Of a stretch of DNA of 64,000 nt, positions 27,250-38,540 are shown piece by piece. Made by a program: the position numbers and the translations under genes. Each line of letters opens with the position of its first letter. Within the stretch, counting starts at the first letter, position 1. The stretch comes from Felis catus. Lineage: Eukaryota. The DNA lies in the NCBI RefSeq assembly GCF_018350175.1, contig NC_058373.1:112222001-112286000 (forward strand), written 5' to 3'. The notes beneath the pieces were generated by a model. It was given only the letters and a program-made list of their open reading frames with translations, searched no databases and was not told the DNA's origin.

Positions 27250-27925
27250 AATTTTCTTTTCTCTCTCTTTTTCCTTTTTCTCTTTTACAATTCTTTTTCT
27301 TGAATACAGAAAGAGAAAAAACTCATTTTTATTTTCAATTTTTATTAAAAATATCTGTCTTGAATTTTTATTACTATATTTTTTCCTTTTGTGTAATTTT
27401 TTTCAAATTCTACTTTAGTTCTATCATTTTATTTTAGTCTACTTCAGTGTACTCACCTTTTCAAATTTTCAAACAATTTCCTTTTTGTTCTTTCTTTTTC
27501 TTTTCTTCTCTTTTTCATTTCTTTTCTTTTTCTTGAATGCAGAAAGAGAAAAACTTCATTTTTACTTTCAATTTCTTTTAAAAATATTTTTATTTAATTT
27601 TTATTACTATATTTTTTCTTTTATGTAAATTTTTTCAAATTCTATCTCACTCCCATCATTTTATTTCAGTCTACTACAATGTATTCACTTTTTCAAATTT
27701 TCAACGATTTCTTTTTTTTCTCTTTTCTTTTTTTTATCTTTTTTCTCTTTTTCGTTTCTTTTCTTTTTTCTTAAGTACAGAAAATGAAAAAAATTCATAT
27801 TTTTCTTTTTAATTTTTATTAAAAATAATTTTCTATAATTTTTTTCTACTATATTCTCTACTTTTGTGTATTTTAGTCTACTTTAGTGTATTCATTTTCT
27901 CAAATTCTCAAACGATTTCTTTTTC
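27250..27925 (+). repeat. Three diverged ~235-bp T-rich tandem units in the L1 5' UTR
   Basis: Anchor tgaatacagaaagag/tgaatgcagaaagag/taagtacagaaaatg at ~27301, ~27534, ~27772; each unit ends tcaaatt(t/c)tcaa(a)c(a/g)atttc. Confidence 0.85.
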
Positions 27926-28121
27926 TTTCTCTCCCCCCCTTTTTTTTTGTTTCTCTAATCTGTCAAACCATTTTCTACACCCAGACCAAAACACACCTAT
28001 GATCTAGCATCATCTATTCAATTTGTCTGTGTGTTTTTAATTTTTAATTTTAATATTTTTTTAATTTTAATTTTTTTAATTTCAATTTTTCTACCTCATT
28101 AATTACTTTTCTCCCTTCAAA

Positions 28122-29249
28122 ATGACAAAATGAAGGAATTCACCCCAAAATAAAGAGCACAAAGAAACGCCAGCCAGGGATTTAACCAACAAAGACACGA
28201 GCAAGATGTCTGAACCAGAATTTAGAATCACGATAAAAAGAATACTAGCTGGAGTTGAAAATAGATTAGAATCCCTTTCTGCAGAGATAAAAGAAGTAAA
28301 AAATAGCCAGAATGAAATTAAAAATGCTATAACTGAGCTGCAATCATGGATGGATGCAGCAGCGGCAAGGATGGACGAGGCAGGACAGAGAATCAGCGAT
28401 ATAGAGGACAAACTTATAGAGAGTAATGAAGCAGAAAAAAAGAAGGAGATTAAAGCAAAAGAGCATGATTTAAGAATTGGAGAAATCAGTGACTCATTAA
28501 AAAGGAACGACATCAGGGGTGCCTGGGTGGCTCAGTCGGTTAAGCGTCCGACTTCGGCTCAGGCCATGATCTCACAGTTCGTGAGTTCAAGCCCCACGTT
28601 GGGCTCTGTGCTGACAGCTCAGAGCCTGGAGCCTGTTTCAGATTCTGTGTCTCCCTCTCTCTCTCTCTGACCCTCCCCCGTTCATGCTCTGTCTCTCTCT
28701 GTCTCAAAAATAAATAAACGTTAAAAAAAAAAAATTAAAAAAAAAAAAAGGAACGACATCAGAATCATAGGAGTCCCAGAGGAGGAAGAGAGAGAAATAG
28801 GGGTAGAAGGGTTATGTGAGCAAATCATAGCAGAAAACTTTCCTAACCTGGGGAAAGACACAGACATCAAAATCCAGGAAGCACAGAGGATTCCCATTAG
28901 ATTCAACAAAAACTGACCATCAACAAGGCATATCATAGTCAAATTCAGAAAATACTCAGGCAAGGAGAGAATCATGAAAGCAGCAAGGGAAAAAAAGTTC
29001 CTAACCTACAAAGGAAGACAGATCAGGTTTGCAGCAGACCTATCCACAGAAACTTGGCAGGCCACAAAGGAGTGATGGGATATATTCAGTGTGCTGAATC
29101 AGAAAAATATGCAGCCAAGAATTCTTTATCCAGCAAGTCTGTCATTCAAAATAGAAGGAGAGATTAAAAGTTTCCCAGACAAACAAAAATTAAAGGAGTT
29201 TGTGACCACTAAACCAGCCCTGCAAGAAATTTTAAGGGGGACTCTCTGA
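28122..29249 (+). pseudogene. L1 ORF1, disrupted by TGA at codon 4, a SINE insertion and further in-frame stops
   Basis: ATG ACA AAA TGA at 28122, in frame with MSEPEFRITIKRILAG; ORF1 motifs (IGVPEEEERE, PRILYPASLSF) resume after the SINE. Confidence 0.9.
28517..28744 (+). mobile_element. SINEC_Fc inserted in L1 ORF1
   Basis: TSD aaaaaggaacgacatcag (28499-28516, 28745-28762); TT/AAAA site. Confidence 0.96.
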
Positions 29250-29367
29250 GGGGAGAAAAGATGAAAATATACATACATACATACATACATACATACATAC
29301 CAAAAGCAACAAAGATTAGAAAGGACCAGAGAACACCACCAGAAACTCCAACTCTACAAGCATCATA

Positions 29368-32300
29368 ATGACAATAAATTCATATCTTTCAGACTCACTC
29401 TAAACGTCAATGGACTCAATGCTCCAATCAAAAGACATAGGGTAACAGAATGGATAAGAAAACAAGATCCATCTATATGCTGTTTACAAGAGACCCACTT
29501 TAGGCAAAGACACCTACAGATTGAAAATAAGGGGATGGAGAACCATCTATCATGCTAATGGTCAACAAGAGAAAGCTGGAGTAGCCATACTTATATCAGA
29601 CAATCTATTCTTTAAAATAAAGACTGTATCAAGAGATGAGGAAGGGCATTATATCATAATCAAGGGGTCTATAGACCAAGAAGAGCTAACAATTGTAAAC
29701 ATGCGCCAAATGTGAGAGCACCCAAATATATAAATCAATTAATTACAAATATAAAGAAACTCATCGATAGTAATACCATAATAGTAGGAGATGTTAACAC
29801 CCCACTCACAGCAATAGACAGATCATCTAATCAAAAAATCAGCGAGGAAACAATGGCTTTGAATGACACATTGGACCAGATGGACTTAACAGATATATTC
29901 AGAACATTTCATCCAAAGCAGCAGAATATCCATTCTTCTCCAGTGCACATGGAACGTTCTCCAGAATAGCCATATATTAGGACACAAATAAGCCCTCAGC
30001 AACTACAAAAAGTCGAGATCATACCATGCATATTTTCAGACCACAAAGCTACGAAACTCGAAATCAACCACAAGAAAAAATTTGGAAAGGTAACAAATAC
30101 TTGGAGACTGAAGAACATCCTACTGAAGAATGAATGGGCTAACCAAGCAGTTAAAGAAGAAATTAAAAAGTGTATGGAAGTCAATGAAAATGATAGCACC
30201 ACAACCCAAAACCTCTAGGATGCAGCAAAGGCAGTCATAGGAGGAAAGTATATAGCAATCCAGGCCTTCCTAAACAAGGAAGAAAGATCTCAGATACATA
30301 ACCTAACCTTACGCCTTAAGGAGCTGGAAAAAGAACAGCAAATAAAACTCAAAACCAGCAGAACACAGGAAATAATAAAGATTAGAGCAGAAATTAATGC
30401 TATCAAAACCAAAAAAAAACCCAAAAAAACAGTAGTACAGATCAATGAAACCAGAAGCTGGTTCTTTGAAAGAATTAACAAAATTGATAAACCACTAGCC
30501 AGTTTGATAAAGAAGAAAAAGGAAAGGACCCAAATAAGTAAAATCAAGAATGAAAGGGAAAAATCACAACCAACACAACAGAAATAAAAACAATAATAAG
30601 AGAATATTATGAGCAATTATATGCCAATAAATTGAGCAATCTGGAAGAAATGGACAAATTCCTAGAAACATATACACTACCAAAACTGAAACAGGAAGAA
30701 ATAGAAAATTTGAACAGACCCACATCCAGTAAGGAAATCGAATTAGTAATAACAAATCTCCCAAAAAACAAGAGTCCAGGGCCAGATGGCTTTCCAGAGG
30801 AATTCTACCAAACATTTAAGGAAGAGTTAACACCTATTCTCTTGAAACTGTTCCAAAAAATAGAAATCCAAACTCTTTCTATGAAGCCAGCATTACCCTG
30901 ATTCCAAAACCAGACAGAGACCCCACTAAAAAGGAGAACTATAGACCAATTTCCCTGATGAACATGGATGCAAAAATCCTCAACAAGATATTAGCCAACC
31001 GGATCCATCAATACATTAAAAAAATCATTCACCACGACTAAGTGGGATTTATACCTGGGATGCAGGGCTGGTTCAATATCTGCAAAACAATTAATGTGAT
31101 TCATCGCATCAATAAAAGAAAGGACAAGAACCACATGATCCTCTCAATGGATGCAGAGAAAGCATTTGACAAAATACAGCATCCTTTCTTGATAAAAACC
31201 CTCAAGAAACTAGGTATAGAAGGATCATATCTCGAGATGAAAAAAGCCATATACGAGCGATCCAACGTTAATATCATCCTCAATGGGGAAAAACTAAGAG
31301 CTTTCCCCCTAAGGTCAGGAACAAGACAGGGATGTCCACTCTCGCCACTGTTATTCAATATAGTATTGGAGTCTTAGCATCTGCAATCAGACAACACAAA
31401 GAAATAAAAAGCATCCAAATTGGCCAGAAGGAAGTCAAACTTTCACTCTTCACAGATGACATGATACTCTATATGGAAAACCCAAAAGATTCCACCAAAA
31501 AACTGCTAGAACTGATTTATGAGTTCAGCAAAATTGCAGGATACAAAATCAATGCACAGAAATCGGTTGCATTCCTATACACCAACAATGAAGCAACAGA
31601 GAAATTAAGGAATTGATCCCATTTACAGTTGCACCAAAAAACATAAGATACCTAGGAATAAATCTAACCAAAGAGGTGAAAAATCTATACACTGAAAACT
31701 TTAGAAAGCTTATGAAAGAAATAGAAGAAGACACAAAGAAATGAAAAAAGATTCCATGCTCCTGGATAGGAAGAACAAATATTGTTAAAATGTCAGTACT
31801 ACCCAAAGCAATCTACATATTCAACACGATCCCTATCAAAGTAACACCAGCATTCTTCACAGAGCTAGAACAAATAATCCTAAAATTTGTATGGAACCAG
31901 AAAAGACCCCAAATAGCCAAAGCAATCTTGAAAAAGAAAACCAAAGCAGGAGGCATCACAATCCCAGACTTCAGGCTATACTACAAAGTTGTAATCATCA
32001 AGACAGTATGGTACTGGCACAAGAACAGACACTCAGATCCATGGAATAGAATAGAGAACCCAGAAAGGACCCACAAAAGTATGGGCAGCTAATCTTTGAC
32101 AAAGCAGGAAAGAATATCCAATGGAATAAAGACAGTCTCTTCAGCAAGTGGTGCTGGGAAAACTGGACAGCGACATACAGAAGAATGAACCCGGACCACT
32201 TTCTTACACCATACACAAAAATAAAGTGGATGAAAGACCTCAATGTAAGACAGGAAGCCATCAAAATCCTCGAAGAGAAAGCAGGCAAAAACCTCTTTGA

Positions 32301-33008
32301 TCTTGGCTGCAGCAATTTCTTACTCAACACGTCTCTGGAGGCAAGGGAAACAAAAGCAAAAATGAACTACTGGGACCTCATCAAAATAAAAAGCTTCTGC
32401 ACAATGAAGGAAACAATCAGCAAAACTAAAAGGCAACTGACAGAATGGGAGAAGATATTTGCAAATGACATATCAGATAAAGGGTTAGTATCCAAAATCT
32501 ACAAAGAACTTATCAAACTCAACACCCAAAAAACAAATAATCCAGTGAAGAAATGGGCAAAAGAAATGAATAGACACTTCTCCAAAGAAGACATCCAGAT
32601 AGCCAACCAACACATGAAAAAATGCTCAACATCACTCATCATCAGGGAAATACAAATCAAAACCATAATGAGATACCACCTTACACCTGTCAGAATGGCT
32701 AACATTAACAACTCAGGCAACAATAGATGTTGGTGAGGATGCGGAGAAAGAGGATCTCTTTTGCATTGTTGGTGGCAATGCAAGCTGATGTAGCCACTCT
32801 GGAAAACAGTATGGAGGTTTCTCAAAAAACTAAAAATGGAACTACCCTACGACCCAGCAATTGCACTAGTAGGCATTTATCCAACGGATACAGGTGTGCT
32901 GTTTCGAAGGGACATATGTGCCACCATGTTTATAGCAACACTATCAATAATAGCCAAAGAATGGAAAGAGCCCAAATGTCCATCGATGGATGAATGGATA
33001 AAGAAAAT

Positions 33009-33062
<54 letters not shown>

Positions 33063-33206
33063 ATGGAGTATTACTCAGCAATCAAAAAGAATGAAATCTT
33101 GCCATTTGCAACTATGTGGATGGAACTGGAGGGTATTATGCTAAGTGAGATTAGTCAGTCAGAGAAAGACAAAAATCATATGACTTCACTCATACGAGGA
33201 CTTTAA
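29368..33206 (+). pseudogene. L1 ORF2 (endonuclease / reverse transcriptase / Cys-rich), frameshifted and with stops
   Basis: NVNGLNAPIKRH EN start; [17 protein letters not shown] motif reads FTDD; TGA in the C-terminal CW-GC knuckle; fragmented across many short ORFs. Confidence 0.93.
33012..33062 (+). repeat. (TA)n(CA)n microsatellite inside L1 ORF2 3' end
   Basis: Direct reading. Confidence 0.95.
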
Positions 33207-33708
33207 GAGACAAAACAGGTGAACATAAGAGAAGGGAAACAAAAACCATATAAAAACAGGGAGGGGGACAAAACAAAAGAGACTCATAAATACGGAGAAC
33301 AAACTGAGGGTTGCTGGAGGGGTTGTGGGAGGGGGGATGGGCTAAATGGGTAAGGGCCATTAAGGAATCTACTCCTGAAATCATTGCTTCACTCTATACT
33401 AACTAATTTGGATGTAAATTTTAAAAAATAAAAAATAAAGTTAAATTACAAAAAAAAAAGAAAAGAAATGATGGTTGAGCTGGGAATCTCTGATAGGGTG
33501 ACATTTTAGCTGAGAGCTGAACAATAAGAAGATTCCAAGCAAAGATCAGGGATAAGCATTCCCATGTAAAGGGAACAGCTAGTGAAAAGCCCTGAAGTGG
33601 GAACAAGCTTGATGTTCTAACACCAAGGACAGAGAGAGACCAGTGTGACTGGAGGGTAGAGGGCAAGGGGAGAGCAATCAAGTTGAAGCTGGAGAGGTAT
33701 AAATGCAC

Positions 33709-34178
33709 CTGTATTCGTTTCCTAAAGCTGTCATAACAAAATACCACAAACTTGATGGCTTGAAAAAACAAATTATATTCTCACACAGTTTTGGAGGCAA
33801 AGGGGGTCTGAAATCAAGGTGTCAGCAGGACCTACTTCCTCCAAAGACTCTAGGTTCTAGGGGAGAATATTTCCTTACCTCTTCCTGGTTTCTGGTGTCT
33901 CTCAGCAATTCTCAGTATTCTTGTGGAGAATGTAGACTATCACATTGTCTTATCACTCCAACCTCTGTCTTTGTCCTCATGTGGTCTTCCTCAGTATGTC
34001 CTCTCTCTGCGCCCTTTCTTCTTCTTATAAGGACACCAGCCATTGTATTTGAGGCACACCCTAATCCAGTATGACCTCATCTTAATTTCATCTGCAAAAC
34101 CCTATTTCCAAATAAGGTCACATTCTAAGTTTCCAGGTACACGTGAATTTGGGGGAGGACACCCTTTCACCCACAACA
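33709..34178 (-). mobile_element. MLT1B/C-like MaLR solo LTR
   Basis: tgtattcgtttcct..cataacaaaataccacaaact; ttcttataaggacaccag; ccctatttccaaataaggtcacattc; ends aca. Confidence 0.85.
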
Positions 34179-35038
34179 GCACTGATTTTTCAGACTTTGA
34201 AAGCTAAATTAAGGAGTTTGGCTTTTATTCTAAAGGTAATGAGATGCCACTGGGGGATATGGGGTAAGAGGGTGACTATATGACTTATGATTTTAAAAAA
34301 TCATTCTGGCTATAAGAAGATTAGATTTTGGAGAAGTAACAGGGGAAGAATAGAGACTAGAAAAGAAAACATTGCAGGAGCCCAGACATGAGATAACAAT
34401 AGCCTGGAGAAGGTAGTGCTGGTAGAAATGGAAGAAGTGGGAAGATTTGAGATATGTCTTGGAGGTAAAGGGGATAGAATTGATTGATTAGGTATGGAAA
34501 TGAGAGGGAAAGAAGAATCAAGGAAACTCTTAGATTTGCGTTTTGAGTGGTGTTGCCATTTACATGCCAGGGCAGAGTAGGAATGAGACAGGTCCTCTTT
34601 GGTGATGTTAGGTTTGAGATACCTTTTAGACAGTCATGTTGAGAGAGAAGCTGGGCAATTACCACACAAAACTACAATTCTTAGGAGGTCTCAAGTCTGG
34701 AGACGTAAGTTTGGAGCTTCAGGTGAAGAAACTAAGACACAGAGAAGCTAAGGAAGTTACCCAGATCACACAGCTAGTAAGCGGCAGAGCTAGGATTGGA
34801 AACTGGGTATTCTGGCTCCAGAACCCATAATTTTAACCACTGTGCTATATTACTTGATAATACTTAAAAGGAACTGAGGATTTGGAAGAAGGAAGGAGGA
34901 AGCAGGAGCAACAGGGGCAAGGAAAACATCTTTTCCAGCTGATAATTGTACCTGAATATAAACACAATCCTCTTTTAGTCATTCAAGGGTGCTTTGAGGA
35001 ACTCTTTAATTTCAATGTGTACATATCTCTGGCCATTT

Positions 35039-35253
35039 TATTTATTTATTTATTTTAACGTTTATTCATTTTTGAGAGACCAAGCGCAAACAGGGGAGGG
35101 GCAGAGAGAGAGAGGGAGACACAGAATCCAAAGCAGGCTCCAGGCTCTGAGTTGTCAGCACAGAGCCAGATGTGGGGCTCGAACTCACTGATCGCGAGAT
35201 CATGACCTGAGCCAAAGTCAGATGCTTAACTGACTGAGCCACCCAGTCACCCC
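35039..35253 (-). mobile_element. SINEC_Fc-type Can-SINE
   Basis: Antisense element flanked by gccatttta repeats. Confidence 0.92.
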
Positions 35254-35361
35254 TATCTTCAGCCATTTTAAAGGAGGTGACAGTGTTATGAGAGCCCATG
35301 TTTTATGCAGAACATGTTGACTTGGACGTTTTCAGATATTTATTTAGAATAAAATATGTAT

Positions 35362-35570
35362 GGGGGCACCTGGGTGGCTCAGTTGGTTAAGCGTCCAACT
35401 TTGGCTCAGGTCATGATCTCGGGGTTTGTGAGTTCGAGCCCCTCATCAGGTTCTGTGCTGATGGATCAGAGCCTGGAGCCTACTTCAGATTCTGTGTCTC
35501 CCTCTTTCTCTACCCCTCCCCACCCCCCCTTCTCTCTCAGAAATAAACTAAACATTAAAAAAAAATAAAA
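35362..35570 (+). mobile_element. SINEC_Fc-type Can-SINE
   Basis: Full head, body and tail. Confidence 0.92.
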
Positions 35571-37021
35571 ACAATATATACTGTGTGAAAATCAAAACCT
35601 AACTAGCATTACTTTCTGGAAAGGACAATTACTGTATCTTCCTTGTTGTGTCTATGTATCCCTGATTGACTTTCAACATAATTGGAATATAAAGAATACA
35701 TCCAATGAGAATTCTGCAATGTCCTGATCAAGTACCATCATACAAAAAGAATTGGTTATTTATACCAACTATCAGAATTTAGTAATTAAACTGCAGCAAT
35801 AGTTGATGCACTTATAATTAATATAGATCAATTTTTTAAATGACTTATTGCATGACTAGTGACAAATACTAAAATATTTAAGTTTATCATCATTGTACTT
35901 ACTACCAAAAGAGAATGTGACATTGGTGGAGAATTCTAACTTCTGAAAAAGAGAAAAGTAGGAGATTTTAGAAAGATGTAGTGTGCATCGTGGACTTTTA
36001 TTTGGGGACTTTCCTAGCTTGTCTGCCTAAGCAGCCAGCATATTGGACAGGAAGCAAGAATGCACAGTTGTTAAAGGCATACAAGGTTCTGTGCTCTGCC
36101 ACATACTAGATATGAGACCCTGGGAAAGTCATTTAACTTCTCTTGCCTCTATTCTTACCTACTTCTCTGAGTTATGGTAGGAATAGAGTGAGATAATACA
36201 CAGAAATTGCTTATAGCACTGCTTGGCACATAATAAATACAATTTTCAAATGTCTCATCCTGCCTTTCTGGCCTGAGCTTGAATTAATTGTCTAAGCGTG
36301 AGGTCGCAAATATGTGTTCTGTATTTTTAAACAAGTTCATCTAGACTCATTCAGAAGCTCCCCCAGTATGAGAGGGTTCTCCCTACGGCCTGACTTTTCT
36401 CTCTTCCTTATCTCTGCTCTTGGGAGCTAACTGTTCCCTCTGGAAAATTATTCAAAATCCCTATCGTCAACCAGGAAATTCCACTTCTAGAATTTGCTAA
36501 ATTTCCCCTGAAAAAGAATTAAGAATTTATGCTCAGATTTAGCTGCCATATTGTTAATACCAGTGAAGAAATGAATTCAGAAAAACAGTGAACAACGGAG
36601 GATTGTGTGGACATACTGTGGAGTATCACACACACAACAGAATTTTAAGCAATTCTAAAAAGAATATTGTATAAAAATAGTGAATGACAGGAATGGAGTT
36701 CATAACATACATACTTTTTAATTTTTAGAAAGCAAGCTATAATGCAGCAAGTATTATCTGGTACTATTGTTTTTAATGTAGAAATAAATATAAGCATAGA
36801 CAATGTCTGGAAAGTTTTGCGGTCACCAAAATGTAGTGCCTCACATACTCCTCCCACTAACGTTGGAATGGTCTACTAGCGAGTCTGGATAACCAGCCAT
36901 TCTCGTGTAAACTTAGCCTAACCCTTCTCTTGCTAAACAGAGGCTGGGAGAAGAAAGGAGATGCATTGGCTTATAACTCGAAGGTGGTAATAGCACTCTG
37001 CACCTGTCTAATTCTCCTCCC

Positions 37022-37238
37022 TTTTTTTAAATGTTTATTTGTTTTTGAGAGAGCGACAGAGACAAGGAGAGAGACAGAGCATGAACAGGGGAGGGCAGAG
37101 AAAGAGGGAGACACAGAATCCAAAGCAGGCTCTAGGCTATCAGCACAGAGCATGACATGGGGATCAAACACACAAACCATGAGATCATGACCTAAGCTGA
37201 AGTCGGATGCTTAACTGACTGAGCCACCCAGGTACTCC
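37022..37238 (-). mobile_element. SINEC_Fc-type Can-SINE
   Basis: Antisense element flanked by taattctcc repeats. Confidence 0.9.
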
Positions 37239-37954
37239 TAATTCTCCCCTTTATACCTCTCAGTTTTATAGGTTTTTACTTGGGGGTTTCTCTCGTGACA
37301 GTGTCCACAGGTAGCTAAAGGAGTCATGGATGACAACAGAAGCAAAGCATTGTTCTATTTCCTGGGTAAGACTTTGCCCATGTCGCTGCTTTGGCTCTGG
37401 GGCCATTGTCCTAGCCCTGACCTAGACCATTCAAATCATTATGATCACTTAGGGACTTAAAATTATTTAAATAATGAATGACCAAAATTAATTTCCCTGT
37501 CTTTTATCATTATTGGCAATATTTTTGAAAACAAATTATAGGTCCACTTTATTATGATACTTTTAATTATGAAATACATGAATTTCTCATCCTTTTTTTA
37601 ACCATAATAATTGAGAGTGCTTGTTTTAACTTCAGAAATGGAAGGGACTGCTACGTGTTAAGGTAATCAATATTTAAGGTCATTAAATCTTCTTACAATA
37701 CATTCAGATGCTCATTCCACAGTCTGTGGTAGGAGATTTGTGATTAACCATAAAATTTAGTAGTAAAAGTGTCAGCTTCACGTATTTTAATGAAGATGCT
37801 GTAATATTTGTTCCAATTTTTGAGATCACTTTCAGTCCCTGGCATTTGGAAGCAAAGAAGAGCCCTTTCAATGAACACTGCATTTTTTCCAAGGTTCAAT
37901 GTTTCCACCACTTGAAACTGTAGGCATAAACTAGCCAGTAATTTGTAAATTACT

Positions 37955-38161
37955 AGGGCACCTGGGTGGCTCAGTTGGTTAAGTGTCTGAGTCAGTTTTG
38001 GCTCAGGTCATGATCTCACGGTTCAAGAATTCAAGCCCCGCATCAGGCTCTGTGCTGACAGAGCGCCACCCGCTTGGGATTCTCTTTCTCCCTCTCTGCC
38101 CTTCCCCAGCTCATGCTCTCTCTGCCTCTCAAAATAGATAAATAAACTTTATTAAAAAAAA
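37955..38161 (+). mobile_element. Can-SINE
   Basis: Flanked by taaattacta repeats. Confidence 0.9.
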
Positions 38162-38188
38162 TAAATTACTAAGATCAAATTTTAAAAA

Positions 38189-38254
38189 CTAAGATCAAAC
38201 CATATGAAATTGCCAATTTTGACAAAAGACAGTTTCATATGGTTCATCCTCATA
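38189..38254. mobile_element. MADE2-like mariner miniature element (palindromic)
   Basis: Inverted arms aaccatatgaaattg / cagtttcatatggtt around a short spacer. Confidence 0.8.
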
Positions 38255-38338
38255 TGGAAATAAAGGTATATAAATGATTTTTAAATAAAACCTAGAACTA
38301 TTTTGAAAACCTAAAACTATTTTTAAACAGTTGTTTTT

Positions 38339-38540
38339 GGGGTGCCTGGGTGGCTCAGTTGGTAAGCGTCCAACTTCAGCTCAGGTCATGATCTCACGGT
38401 CCATGAGTTTGAGCCCCATGTTGGGCTCTGTGCTGACAGCTCAGAGCCTGGAGCCTGCTTCAGATTCTGTGTCTCCCTCTCTCTGCTCCTCTCCCACTCA
38501 CACTGTCTCAAAAATAAATAAACATTAAGAAAAAATTTTT
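38339..38540 (+). mobile_element. SINEC_Fc-type Can-SINE
   Basis: Flanked by taaaca(g/a)ttgttttt repeats. Confidence 0.92.

Larger units (their letters stand above)
25967..33463 (+). mobile_element. Full-length felid LINE-1, inactivated (5' UTR, ORF1, ORF2, 3' UTR, A-tail)
   Basis: Starts GGAGGAGCCAAGATGGCGG; 16-bp TSD agaaatgatggttgag at 25951-25966 and 33464-33479; TT/AGAA target; EN, RT and Cys-rich peptides in the ORF track; A-rich tail. Confidence 0.97.
25250..34720 (-). mobile_element. L2 fossil serving as host for MER3, a SINE, the full-length L1 and an MLT1 LTR (L2 pieces 25250-25350, 25800-25966, 33480-33705, 34180-34720)
   Basis: L2 3' end ttcattcaagaaatatttatt; L2 phrases resume after the L1 TSD and again after the LTR. 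Confidence 0.7.

Noticed and set aside
27250..27925. Regularly spaced repeats resembling an array
   Set aside because: Diverged tandem units in an L1 UTR, with no repeat-spacer structure; not CRISPR
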